23,466 nucleotides of DNA from Bacteroides sp. (GCA_022818785.1 CP063811.1:466360-489825); one strand, 5' to 3'; counted from the first letter of the stretch, positions 8,573 to 17,673 are shown. Translations and numbers: made by a program. The notes: generated from the letters alone by a model not told the origin.

Positions 8573-9529
8573 TTTTTCATATAGAATATTTTTTAATAAT
8601 TGTATATTATAATTTTTCTTTGCAGATATGTATGCGTCTACATTTGTTGTTTTATTTTTTAAATTTTTAATTAAATCACATTTATTAACAACTATTATAT
8701 AAGGTATATTTAATATTTTAGCATTGTAATTTTTTATTTCTTTTAATAATAAATTATATTCCTTTTTAATATTTTTACTCTCTGCAGAGAGTAAAAATAT
8801 TAAAAAGGAAGTTCTTTCTACATGTTTTAAAAATTTTATACCTCTACCTTTACCTAAAGATGCATCAGATATTATGCCAGGTATTTCTGATATAGTCAAC
8901 CTAAAATCATTATCATATTTTATAACACCAAAAACTGGATTTATTGTAGTAAATGGATAATCATTTATTTCAGGAGTTGCATTAGATAATGTAGACAACA
9001 AAGTTGATTTGCCGGCATTAGGTAATCCTATAATTGATATATCAGATAAAATTTTTAATTCAAAATTGCATATCATTTGCAAACCTTTTTTACCTTTGTG
9101 TGATATATAAGGAGTTCTATTCTTAGAATTTCTTAAAAAGAAATTACCCTTTCCACCTTTTCCTCCTTTTAAAATACATATTAAATTTTTATCATCTAAA
9201 ATTTTTGATATAAATTTGCTGTCACTATAGATAAAAGTACCTAGAGGTAATTCTATAATAATATTTCGACCCCTTTTCCCATTTTTACAAAATTTTCCAC
9301 CTGGAAATCCAGATTCTGCTTTAGCAAAATTTTTATATTTTTTTATATGATTTAATCCTTTTATTGTTTTATTCCCTATAACAAATACAGATCCACCATT
9401 ACCACCATTACCACCATTAGGTCCTCCTTTAGAATTTGCAGAACTTCTGTTAAAATAAATGCCTCCATCTCCTCCATCTCCAGAAATGCACGTCAAATTT
9501 ATATTATCGATTAAATTATTAATTTGCAT
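8537..9529 (-). CDS. obgE: GTPase ObgE/CgtA
   Basis: Gly-rich Obg fold (SGDGGDGG, GGPNGGNGGNGG, GGKGGKGN); G1 GLPNAGKST, G2 YPFTT, G3 EIPG (atypical), G4 NKCD, G5 SAK; follows adk as in many Bacteroidota. Confidence 0.95.
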   Translation of the reverse strand: MQINNLIDNINLTCISGDGGDGGIYFNRSSANSKGGPNGGNGGNGGSVFVIGNKTIKGLNHIKKYKNFAKAESGFPGGKFCKNGKRGRNIIIELPLGTFIYSDSKFISKILDDKNLICILKGGKGGKGNFFLRNSKNRTPYISHKGKKGLQMICNFELKILSDISIIGLPNAGKSTLLSTLSNATPEINDYPFTTINPVFGVIKYDNDFRLTISEIPGIISDASLGKGRGIKFLKHVERTSFLIFLLSAESKNIKKEYNLLLKEIKNYNAKILNIPYIIVVNKCDLIKNLKNKTTNVDAYISAKKNYNIQLLKNILYEKLKKIILPYFPR

Positions 9530-10079
9530 TTATTATAGACGATAATTTATTATTAATTATTGTTATTATGTTATTATAGACATTGTCTATTGACTTATTA
9601 CCATTTATGTTATGGACCTCTAAATCAGATTGACAATATTGAATTATTGGCAATGTTTTAATATAAAATTCGTTTATTCTATTATTAATTGAATTAATAT
9701 TTTTATCATCAATTCTATTATCAATACTCATTCTTTTAGATATTCTTTCTATAATATTCTCTTTCTTTAACTGAATATAAAATAAAATATCTATTTTTTG
9801 TTTATAATCCCTTAAAATTGTTTTTAAAATATTATATTGGCATATATTTCTAGGAACTCCATCAAATATATATTTACTGTTTGTTTTGATTTTTTCCCTT
9901 AAAATGTTTGATATAATGTTATCAGATAATAAAAATCCCTCATTAATTGAATTATTTTTAATTTCACTTCTTAAAATATTACCCATATTAATATGATTTA
10001 AATTAAGATATTTTGCAATTTTAATAGATTGAGTACCTTTGCCAGAACCAGGAGGTCCTATAAAAATAATATTTAACAT
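9519..10079 (-). CDS. adk: Adenylate kinase (short-LID type)
   Basis: P-loop GPPGSGKGTQ, DGVPR, RIDD. Confidence 0.93.
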   Translation of the reverse strand: MLNIIFIGPPGSGKGTQSIKIAKYLNLNHINMGNILRSEIKNNSINEGFLLSDNIISNILREKIKTNSKYIFDGVPRNICQYNILKTILRDYKQKIDILFYIQLKKENIIERISKRMSIDNRIDDKNINSINNRINEFYIKTLPIIQYCQSDLEVHNINGNKSIDNVYNNIITIINNKLSSIINAN

Positions 10080-10097
10080 AAAAATTTTGTATATAAA

Positions 10098-10171
10098 CAG
10101 ACTTGAAGGGACTCGAACCCTTAACCTTCTAATCCGTAGTTAGATGCTCTATCCAATTAAGCTACAAGTCT
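10098..10171 (-). tRNA. tRNA-Arg (anticodon ACG)
   Basis: Reverse complement AGACTTGTAGCTTAATTGGATAGAGCATCTAACTACGGATTAGAAGGTTAAGGGTTCGAGTCCCTTCAAGTCTG: acceptor AGACTTG/CAAGTCT, anticodon stem TCTAA/TTAGA, loop CT-ACG-GA. Confidence 0.95.
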
Positions 10172-10276
10172 ATAGATTAGTACATCTAAGTTATTAATAA
10201 TTTTTTCATAATAATAATTGTTTTAAATAATTAATAATTTATTTAAATTATTAATGTTAACTATAAATAAAAAATT

Positions 10277-10284
10277 TATATTTG
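10277..10284 (+). promoter_or_regulatory. Putative Bacteroidota -7 promoter element (TATATTTG) for tRNA-Arg(TCT)/lysC
   Basis: Exact TAnnTTTG match about 30 nt upstream of the tRNA; no clear -33 element. Confidence 0.45.
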
Positions 10285-10313
10285 TTTATTCTTGTTATCA
10301 AATAATATGAAAA

Positions 10314-10387
10314 GGTCCCGTAGCTCAGATGGATAGAGCAACTGCCTTCTAAGCAGTTGGTCAGAGGTTCGAATCCTCTCGGGATCA
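10314..10387 (+). tRNA. tRNA-Arg (anticodon TCT)
   Basis: GGTCCCGTAGCTCAGATGGATAGAGCAACTGCCTTCTAAGCAGTTGGTCAGAGGTTCGAATCCTCTCGGGATCA: canonical cloverleaf, loop CT-TCT-AA; CCA not encoded. Confidence 0.97.
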
Positions 10388-10467
10388 ATTTTTTTATGTC
10401 TAAAAAAATGTAACTAGTTATTCTTGATTCTACTTCATATATATATATGAAATTAAATAATTTGATT

Positions 10468-11780
10468 ATGAAAGTTTTAAAATTTGGTGGAACATCTATA
10501 GGAACACCTTCTAAAATTAAAAATTTAACTAAAATAATTAATATAAATGATAAAAACATAATAGTTTTATCTGCTTTTTCAGGAACAACTAATAAACTGT
10601 TAGAAATAATAAATGAAAATAAAAAGATTAAATATAGATGTCTATTGATAGAAAAATTATATAATGAATATATATTATTTATTAATGAATTATTTACAGA
10701 AAATAAAGAATATATTAATAAAGCTTTGTTAATTATTAATAAAAGTTTTGATATAATAAAAAAATCTGATATTAAGTTATCTAAAAATATTTTAGCACAG
10801 GGAGAAATTATATCGAGTAATATACTTTATTTATATTTAACATCTATAAATATAAAATGCCATATTATATCAGCTTTAGATTTTATGAAAATAGATGAAA
10901 ATTATGAACCTATTTTTGATTTTATAAAAAATAAAATAAATAATATTATCAATAACAATATTGATAAATATAATTTATTTATTACACAAGGATATATATG
11001 TAAAAATATAGATAATGAAATTGATAATTTAAAAAGAGGAGGAAGTGATTATACAGCTTCTATTATAGGATATGCATTAAATAGTACAGAAGTTCAAATA
11101 TGGACTGATATAGATGGAATGCATAATAATGATCCAAGAATTATTAAAAATACGAATTACATACCTGAGTTATCATTTGATTCAGCTGCAGAATTATCAT
11201 ATTTTGGTGCTAAAATTTTACATCCATGCAGTGTTTTACCTGCACAAAAAAAAAAATACCAATAAAACTACTAAATACAATGAAACCTGAATTGCCAGGC
11301 ACTGTTATAAGTTCTCAAAAAAACATAGGTATTATTAAAGCAATAGCAGCTAAAGATGATATAATTTTTATCAATATCAAATCTAATAGAAAATTAGTAA
11401 CTTTTCAATTTGTCAAAAAATTATTTGATATATTAGCTCAATATAAAACAACTGTTGATATGATATCAATATCTGGAATATATGTATCTCTAACTATAGA
11501 TAATGCAAAATTTATAGATAAAATTAAAAATGATATAAGTGATTATGGATATATTGAAATTAAAAAAAATCAAACAATAGTATGTATAGTAGGAGATTTA
11601 ATAACATCTAAATCTAATATTGTAATTAATGCTTTAATATCTATAAAAAAATCGACAATCAATATGATATGTTATGGAGCTAGTAAAAATAGCGTTTCTT
11701 TATTAATTAATACTTTAAACAAATATGAAATAATGAATCTTTTACATAATGATATATTTAATGCAAATTGTGATTATTAA
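10468..11780 (+). pseudogene. lysC: Aspartate kinase, split by a 1-nt frameshift in an A11 run (ORFs 10447/10468-11265 and 11226-11780); apparent pseudogene, possibly slippage-rescued or a sequencing error
   Basis: Frame 1: MKVLKFGGTS, VLSAFSGTTN, TQGYIC, LKRGGSDYTAS, IWTDIDG, DPR, AAELSYFGAKILHP. Frame 2 continues IPIKLLNTMKPELPGTVIS plus ACT domains. Adding one A at 11246-11256 gives one 437-aa ORF from ATG 10468. Confidence 0.9.
11246..11256 (+). repeat. A11 homopolymer at the lysC frameshift junction
   Basis: CCT GCA C-AAAAAAAAAAA-TACCAATAA read directly from the sequence. Confidence 0.9.
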
Positions 11781-12999
11781 CTTTTATGGCAAAAAGATAA
11801 ATTATTAAATAACATATTGATAATATTATATATCCATTTTGAGGATTAAATATCAAAGATATTTTTCCATATATTAAAGGTATGATTGCTCCACCAGAAA
11901 TTCCCATAACTAATATTGATGAAGCTAATTGTTTATGATGTTTTAATCCTATTAACAATAAAGGCCATACAATAGGCCATATAAAAGCATTAAATAATCC
12001 TAAAAAGGATAATAAAATTAAACTAAATATTTTATAATAAAAAACAGATAATGGAATTATAAACATTATGATTGATATAACAATATTTATTATAGAACAT
12101 AATATTAATACTCTAATTTGAGAGCAATATTTAGGTATTATAATAATACTAAATATATATCCTAATATCATAAAAAATAAAGTTAAAGAAGGCAAATAAT
12201 TCATGTAAGTAAAATTCAATTGCATCCATTGACTATATAATAATATTGTATCTACAGTAATAACTTCTGCTCCAACATAACAAAACAACGCTATTACACC
12301 ATATAAAAAATATGGATGTTTAAATATTATATTATTGATATTATTTATATTAATGTTTATATATGTATTATTGACTTTGGGTAATTCAGAATAAAAAACA
12401 ATAATAGATAGAATAACTACTATTATAAACATTAATATATAAGGTATTATTATTGTTTTTCCTATGTAATTTAAATCGATATTTTGGTTAAAATTATTTG
12501 TTAAGATAATATTAGTAAATAATATTGGACTAAATATACCTGCCAATTTATTGAACATTCCAACTATACTAATTCTTTTTGTCGCATTATACTCAGATCC
12601 TATCATGGTTAAATATGGATTTACTGCTGTTTGTAAAATTACTATTCCTATTCCTTGCATAAATAAACCTAATAAAAATATATAATAAGAATGATATATT
12701 GATGCTGGTACAAATATAATTATTCCTATACTAGTTATTATCAATCCTAATATTATGCTTTTTTGATAATCTACCTTATTTATTATCATAGAAGCAGGTA
12801 TTGCCATAAAAAAATATGATATATAAAAGGCAAATGTAACAAAATATGACTCATATTCATTAAGGTTACAAACTAATTTAAAAAAAGGTATTAAAGATGC
12901 ATTTAACCATGTTATAAATCCAAAAACAAAAAAAAGTAAACTTATTATCATCATAGGAAATAAAATTTCTCTAACCTTTGCAAAATAAAAAGACCTCAT
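11758..12999 (-). CDS. MFS sugar transporter, glucose/galactose (GluP/FucP) family
   Basis: LFFVFGFITWLNASLIP, VTFAFYISYF, LQTAVNPY, ALFCYVGAEV, GGAIIPLIYG; about 12 hydrophobic segments. Confidence 0.88.
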   Translation of the reverse strand: MRSFYFAKVREILFPMMIISLLFFVFGFITWLNASLIPFFKLVCNLNEYESYFVTFAFYISYFFMAIPASMIINKVDYQKSIILGLIITSIGIIIFVPASIYHSYYIFLLGLFMQGIGIVILQTAVNPYLTMIGSEYNATKRISIVGMFNKLAGIFSPILFTNIILTNNFNQNIDLNYIGKTIIIPYILMFIIVVILSIIVFYSELPKVNNTYINININNINNIIFKHPYFLYGVIALFCYVGAEVITVDTILLYSQWMQLNFTYMNYLPSLTLFFMILGYIFSIIIIPKYCSQIRVLILCSIINIVISIIMFIIPLSVFYYKIFSLILLSFLGLFNAFIWPIVWPLLLIGLKHHKQLASSILVMGISGGAIIPLIYGKISLIFNPQNGYIILSICYLIIYLFAIKVNNHNLH

Positions 13000-13109
13000 T
13001 TTTTAATATGTTATAATTAGTATAATATCTATTAATATACTATTTTTAAATAGTATTTGTAATATAATTTGTCTATTTATCAATATCATTAAAAAAAATT
13101 AAAAATTTT

Positions 13110-14534
13110 ATGAGAAATTTATACATATATAATACTATGTCCAGAAAAAAAGAAAAATTTATTCCTGGTAATAATAAATATGTTAAAATGTATGTATGTG
13201 GACCAACGGTGTATAATCATGCTCATATAGGTCATGCAAGATCAGCCATATTTTTTGATGTTATATATAGATATTTACAACATTTAAATTACAAAGTATA
13301 TTATGTTCGTAATATAACAGATATTCAAAATTATAATATTTCTTCTAAAAATGGTATATATAATAATATATTTACTAATCATGCAGAATGGTCACAATAT
13401 CACATTAATCAATATCACAATATTCTTTATAAATTAAATGTAATTCCTCCAAGTATAGAACCTTATGCTTCAGGTCATATTGTAGACCAAATTGAAATGA
13501 TCAAATTAATTATCAAAAATGGTTACGCATATATTAAAAATAATTCTGTATATTTTAACATTCAAAAATATAATCAAAAGTTTATCTATGGTAATTTATC
13601 CAAAAGAGATATAAAAAATTATGTATTAAGCAATTACAAAAATAAAGAAAAAATAAATAATTTAGATTTTGTTTTATGGAAAAATGACAATAATAGCGAA
13701 CTTAAATGGAATTCCCCATGGGGATTAGGATTGCCTGGTTGGCATACTGAATGTGCTGCTATGAGTATTAAATATTTAGGATGTAATTTTGATATTCATG
13801 GAGGTGGAAATGATTTAATTTTTCCTCATCACGAGGCAAGTATTTCTCAAGTAAAATCTTGTTATAATAATAACCTAGCCAAATATTGGATACATCATAA
13901 TATGGTGGTTATTAATGGAACTAAAATGAGTAAATCACTAAATAATAGTGTTTTTATAAAAGACATTTTGTGTAATAATAAAATTTTTCAAAAAAAATCA
14001 TATAATGCAATGTCTATTAGATTATTTATTTTAAAAAATCATTATCGCAACATTATACATTTTTCAGATCAAAACATTCAACAATCTTATCAAGAATTAA
14101 AAAAATTAATCATTACATATAATATAATTAAGAATTTATGTCCATCTAATAAATCAACATTAAATTTTGATCAAGTAATTGATCAATGTTATAATGCTAT
14201 TAATGATGATTTTAACATTCCTCTTTTAATTAATATTTTGTTTAAAATTTCTAAAATGATACATTCAATACAAAATAAAGAAAATTGTATAAATGATATT
14301 GATTTGGAAAAAATTCAAAAAACATATTTCACATTTTTACATGACATATTAGGAATATCGCTTAATATTTTTAATGAAAATATTAATGATTTTATAGATT
14401 TAATAATTAATATAAGATCTGAAATTAGATCACATCATAACTATAAATATTCAGATTTTATTAGAGAAAAAATCAAAAAATTGGGAATTGAAATATTAGA
14501 TTCTAAAAATGATAGCAAATGGAATTTAATATAA
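13110..14534 (+). CDS. cysS: Cysteine--tRNA ligase
   Basis: [54 protein letters not shown]-terminal anticodon-binding helices. Confidence 0.96.
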   Translation: MRNLYIYNTMSRKKEKFIPGNNKYVKMYVCGPTVYNHAHIGHARSAIFFDVIYRYLQHLNYKVYYVRNITDIQNYNISSKNGIYNNIFTNHAEWSQYHINQYHNILYKLNVIPPSIEPYASGHIVDQIEMIKLIIKNGYAYIKNNSVYFNIQKYNQKFIYGNLSKRDIKNYVLSNYKNKEKINNLDFVLWKNDNNSELKWNSPWGLGLPGWHTECAAMSIKYLGCNFDIHGGGNDLIFPHHEASISQVKSCYNNNLAKYWIHHNMVVINGTKMSKSLNNSVFIKDILCNNKIFQKKSYNAMSIRLFILKNHYRNIIHFSDQNIQQSYQELKKLIITYNIIKNLCPSNKSTLNFDQVIDQCYNAINDDFNIPLLINILFKISKMIHSIQNKENCINDIDLEKIQKTYFTFLHDILGISLNIFNENINDFIDLIINIRSEIRSHHNYKYSDFIREKIKKLGIEILDSKNDSKWNLI

Positions 14535-14540
14535 ATTAAA

Positions 14541-15731
14541 TCATTTTATATTTTTTATAAAATTAATAATTTTTTGTATTGCAATTATTAATTTATTGTT
14601 AGAAACAGCATATGATAATCTAATGCAATTATCGTTTCCAAAATCTTTTCCTCCTACTAAAACAACTTGTTCATTTTCTAGTAATAACATTGTAAAATCA
14701 GTAGAATTTTTGATAATATTATTCTTATATTTCTTATTATAAAAAGAACTAATATCTATAAAAAAATAAAAAGCACCATCTGGTTTATATAGTTTTAATC
14801 CTTTTATCTTGTTAAGATTATTATATACTAAATCACGTCTTTTCATTAAATCTTGAATTTTATCTTTATTCGGATAACTACTGATAGCTGTATAAGCAGC
14901 TTTTTGCGATATACTACATGGACCTGATGTAGAATGTCCTTGTAATTTTATGCAAGATTTTATGATATGTTTTGGTCCCGCCATATATCCTATACGCCAT
15001 CCTGTCATAGAATATCCTTTAGAACATCCATTAATGATAAATGTTTTTTTATACATATTATCAATATTAGCTATGCTAATATGTTTGCCAACATAATTTA
15101 TATATTCATATATCTCATCAGATAATATGAATATATTAGGATATTTATTTAATATTTTTGCTATAGCCTCTAATTCATGTTTTTTATATATTGTTCCTGT
15201 AGGATTAGAAGGAGAAGAAAATATAAATAATTTTGTTTTTGCCGTAATATAATTTTCTAATTCATTTATATTAATTTTGAATTTCGTATCAATATTAGTA
15301 TCAATAAATACACATTTACCATTAGATATTTTTACAATTTCACTATAAGAAACCCAATATGGTTTAGGAATAATAACTTCATCATCTTTATTAATAAGAG
15401 ATAAAATCAAGTTGAAAATTGATTGTTTGGCTCCATTACTGACAATAATATTATCAATGGAATAATTCAATTGATTATCTCTTTTGAATTTATCAACAAT
15501 TGATAATCTTAAATCTTTATATCCTGGTATAGGAGAATAATGAGAAAAATTTTCATCTATAGCTTTTTTAGCAGATATCTTAATATATTCATCTACATTA
15601 AAATCAGGTTCTCCTATACTTAAATCAATAACTTCTATATTATTTTCTTTCATATATCGTGCTTTTTGAGCCATTAATATTGTCGAAGATTCATTAATTC
15701 TATTTATTCTATTAGATGTATTTTGTTGCAT
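14541..15731 (-). CDS. aspC: PLP-dependent class I aminotransferase (aspartate aminotransferase-like)
   Basis: GEPDF, NGAKQS, PYWVSY, SPSNPTG, SDEIYE, SKGYSMTGWRIGY, GAFY, RLSYA. Confidence 0.9.
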   Translation of the reverse strand: MQQNTSNRINRINESSTILMAQKARYMKENNIEVIDLSIGEPDFNVDEYIKISAKKAIDENFSHYSPIPGYKDLRLSIVDKFKRDNQLNYSIDNIIVSNGAKQSIFNLILSLINKDDEVIIPKPYWVSYSEIVKISNGKCVFIDTNIDTKFKININELENYITAKTKLFIFSSPSNPTGTIYKKHELEAIAKILNKYPNIFILSDEIYEYINYVGKHISIANIDNMYKKTFIINGCSKGYSMTGWRIGYMAGPKHIIKSCIKLQGHSTSGPCSISQKAAYTAISSYPNKDKIQDLMKRRDLVYNNLNKIKGLKLYKPDGAFYFFIDISSFYNKKYKNNIIKNSTDFTMLLLENEQVVLVGGKDFGNDNCIRLSYAVSNNKLIIAIQKIINFIKNIK

Positions 15732-15740
15732 ATATCAATT

Positions 15741-16658
15741 TTATTTATTGTTTATAATGTGTTCTGAAACCCAATCTAATTTGTATAGTGTATGATATAT
15801 ATCATATAAGGTATTATTTTTAATAATTATATTAATAATTTTATTATTCGTTTGCTTAATATTTTTTTTAATATTGCCAAATATTTCATTGTAATAAATA
15901 TTAAATCTACTATTTAATATTATGTAATTTGTATTCATAGTATGATATATAATGTTTTTATATTCAGAAATAGATTCCAATATATTTGTATTAAAAGCTC
16001 TTCTCTCATACGAGAAATTGTTAATCTTACAACAAAAAAAATTTCCAACATGTAAAAATATATCATCAGTAATTACAACATATTTACTATCAATTAAATT
16101 GTACATAGAATCATATATTTCCTTAGATTCAATATAATAATTATCTATATTAGATAAATATTTTTTAATACTTTCAATTTCATGTTTACAATAAACTTTT
16201 AATAATTCAAATATGATTTGATATAAATATGTTATAAAACATCCTGTAAAAATGTCATTTTCTAAATGACTATCAGGAATAAAATATAATACAAATTCAT
16301 TATTAATATTTGAAAATGTATTTTTATGAGATATAATAATTACTTTTTTAAGTTTTCTATTAATAATATTATCATAACTATACTTTATTATTTTTTGACT
16401 ATTATAGTCTAGTAATATTATTAAACTATTATTATTAACGTATCTAGGTAATTTACAATCTGATATTATTATAATAGGTATTGATATTTTGTCCAAAAAG
16501 TATTGGCTTATAATTGAAGCCAATATTTTAGTATAATTACCTCCTAAAATAATTATTTTATCTATTGATTTTATATCAAATTTATGATCATAATAATTAT
16601 CAAGTGCATATTGGATATGTAAATTATATTTGTCAATATTATTAGTATATTTTTTCAT
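15741..16658 (-). CDS. Degenerate SIS-domain protein, likely derived from bifunctional phosphoglucose/phosphomannose isomerase
   Basis: Pattern IIILGG...IPIIIISDCKLPRYVNNNSLIILLDY matches the PGI/PMI N-terminal SIS pattern (GxGGS...PVxVxxDYxLPxFVxxxTLVIxxSYSG); C-terminal LDWVS matches GDWVS; length 305 aa. Confidence 0.6.
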   Translation of the reverse strand: MKKYTNNIDKYNLHIQYALDNYYDHKFDIKSIDKIIILGGNYTKILASIISQYFLDKISIPIIIISDCKLPRYVNNNSLIILLDYNSQKIIKYSYDNIINRKLKKVIIISHKNTFSNINNEFVLYFIPDSHLENDIFTGCFITYLYQIIFELLKVYCKHEIESIKKYLSNIDNYYIESKEIYDSMYNLIDSKYVVITDDIFLHVGNFFCCKINNFSYERRAFNTNILESISEYKNIIYHTMNTNYIILNSRFNIYYNEIFGNIKKNIKQTNNKIINIIIKNNTLYDIYHTLYKLDWVSEHIINNK

Positions 16659-17125
16659 AAAAAATTATTCAATAAATGTTTTTTATAAAACGTATTTATA
16701 TAATGATTTTCTAATTTTGACATTATATTTTTATCATATGGAATTTTATCATTATAACCACATAAATGCAAAACACCATGTATTAATACTCTTAAAAATT
16801 CATCATCAACTTTCTCTTTAAATAGCAGAGCATTATATTTAATCATATCAACACTAACAAATATATCTCCTACAATATTATTATTTTGACTATAATCAAA
16901 TGTTATTACATCAGTATAATGATTATGATTTAAATATAGAAAATTAATCTTCAATAAATACTCATTAGAACAAAATATAAAATTAATAATAGAATTTTTA
17001 TTTCCTTCCATATAAAGTACATATTTTATGTACAATTTTATTATTTTTTTATTTTTAATTAATTTTTTTTTTTCAAAAATATTAATTTTACATTTCATGT
17101 AACTTTTTTTTATTAAAAAATACAT
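16655..17125 (-). CDS. ybeY: rRNA maturation endoribonuclease YbeY
   Basis: INFIFCSNEYLLKIN..YLNHNHYTDVITFDY, GDIFVS, RVLIHGVLHLCGYND. Start may be the downstream Met. Confidence 0.94.
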   Translation of the reverse strand: MYFLIKKSYMKCKINIFEKKKLIKNKKIIKLYIKYVLYMEGNKNSIINFIFCSNEYLLKINFLYLNHNHYTDVITFDYSQNNNIVGDIFVSVDMIKYNALLFKEKVDDEFLRVLIHGVLHLCGYNDKIPYDKNIMSKLENHYINTFYKKHLLNNFL

Positions 17126-17154
17126 ATCAATATTATTGATATAATATATCTATA

Positions 17155-17673
17155 TTACTTTCTATAAAATATTTTAATTGGCAATATCATTGATATAGAT
17201 AAAAAAATTATAAATAAATATAATAAATTTTCATATTCATATATTAAATACAATTTTTTATATAAGAGCAATACAATACTCATTGTAATAATTCCGATCA
17301 ATGTTACAGGAACACCAATAAAATACGGTTTTGTATCATCAAACAATGATAATCTAATAGATGCAAAAAAAGTTATTAAAAATACTATATACGAATATGG
17401 ATTAAATGTTAAATTATCATTTAATATCACAAAAAAAACTAAAGAAGGAATTAGGCCAAAATTTAAAATATCGGATATAGTATCTATATTTTTACCAAAT
17501 TTACTAATAGTATTAAATTTTTTTGCAAAAAAACCATCTAAAAAGTCTAATATAGCAGAAAAAAAAACTAACACACAACTACAAAATATAAATTTTTGCA
17601 TTATCATTCCTATGTTAAATATAAATACTATAATATTTATTATAGTAATAATATTTGCTAAATATTTAATCAT
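17155..17673 (-). CDS. pssA: CDP-alcohol phosphatidyltransferase, probably phosphatidylserine synthase (type II)
   Basis: ANIIT; DFLDGFFAK.....SKFGKNIDTISD motif; FGLIPS, IRLS.F, FIGVP typical of PssA; psd is in the same window. Confidence 0.8.
   Translation of the reverse strand: MIKYLANIITIINIIVFIFNIGMIMQKFIFCSCVLVFFSAILDFLDGFFAKKFNTISKFGKNIDTISDILNFGLIPSLVFFVILNDNLTFNPYSYIVFLITFFASIRLSLFDDTKPYFIGVPVTLIGIITMSIVLLLYKKLYLIYEYENLLYLFIIFLSISMILPIKIFYRK

Noticed and set aside
9394-9420. Tandem ACCACCATT repeats
   Set aside because: They encode the normal GGNGGNGG glycine-rich motif of the Obg fold; not CRISPR or a VNTR.
10257-10559. 100-aa minus-strand ORF
   Set aside because: Antisense across tRNA-Arg(TCT) and the lysC start; spurious.
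16745-16790. YbeY lacks the third His of the HxxxHxxxxxH motif (HGVLHLCGYND)
   Set aside because: As far as I recall this variant is typical of Bacteroidota YbeY, so it is not specific decay.
17063-17073. T11 run in ybeY and other 9-nt homopolymers in mltG, rimM, rho, fabD and pssA
   Set aside because: Reading frames stay open and motifs downstream are in frame; no frameshift evident.
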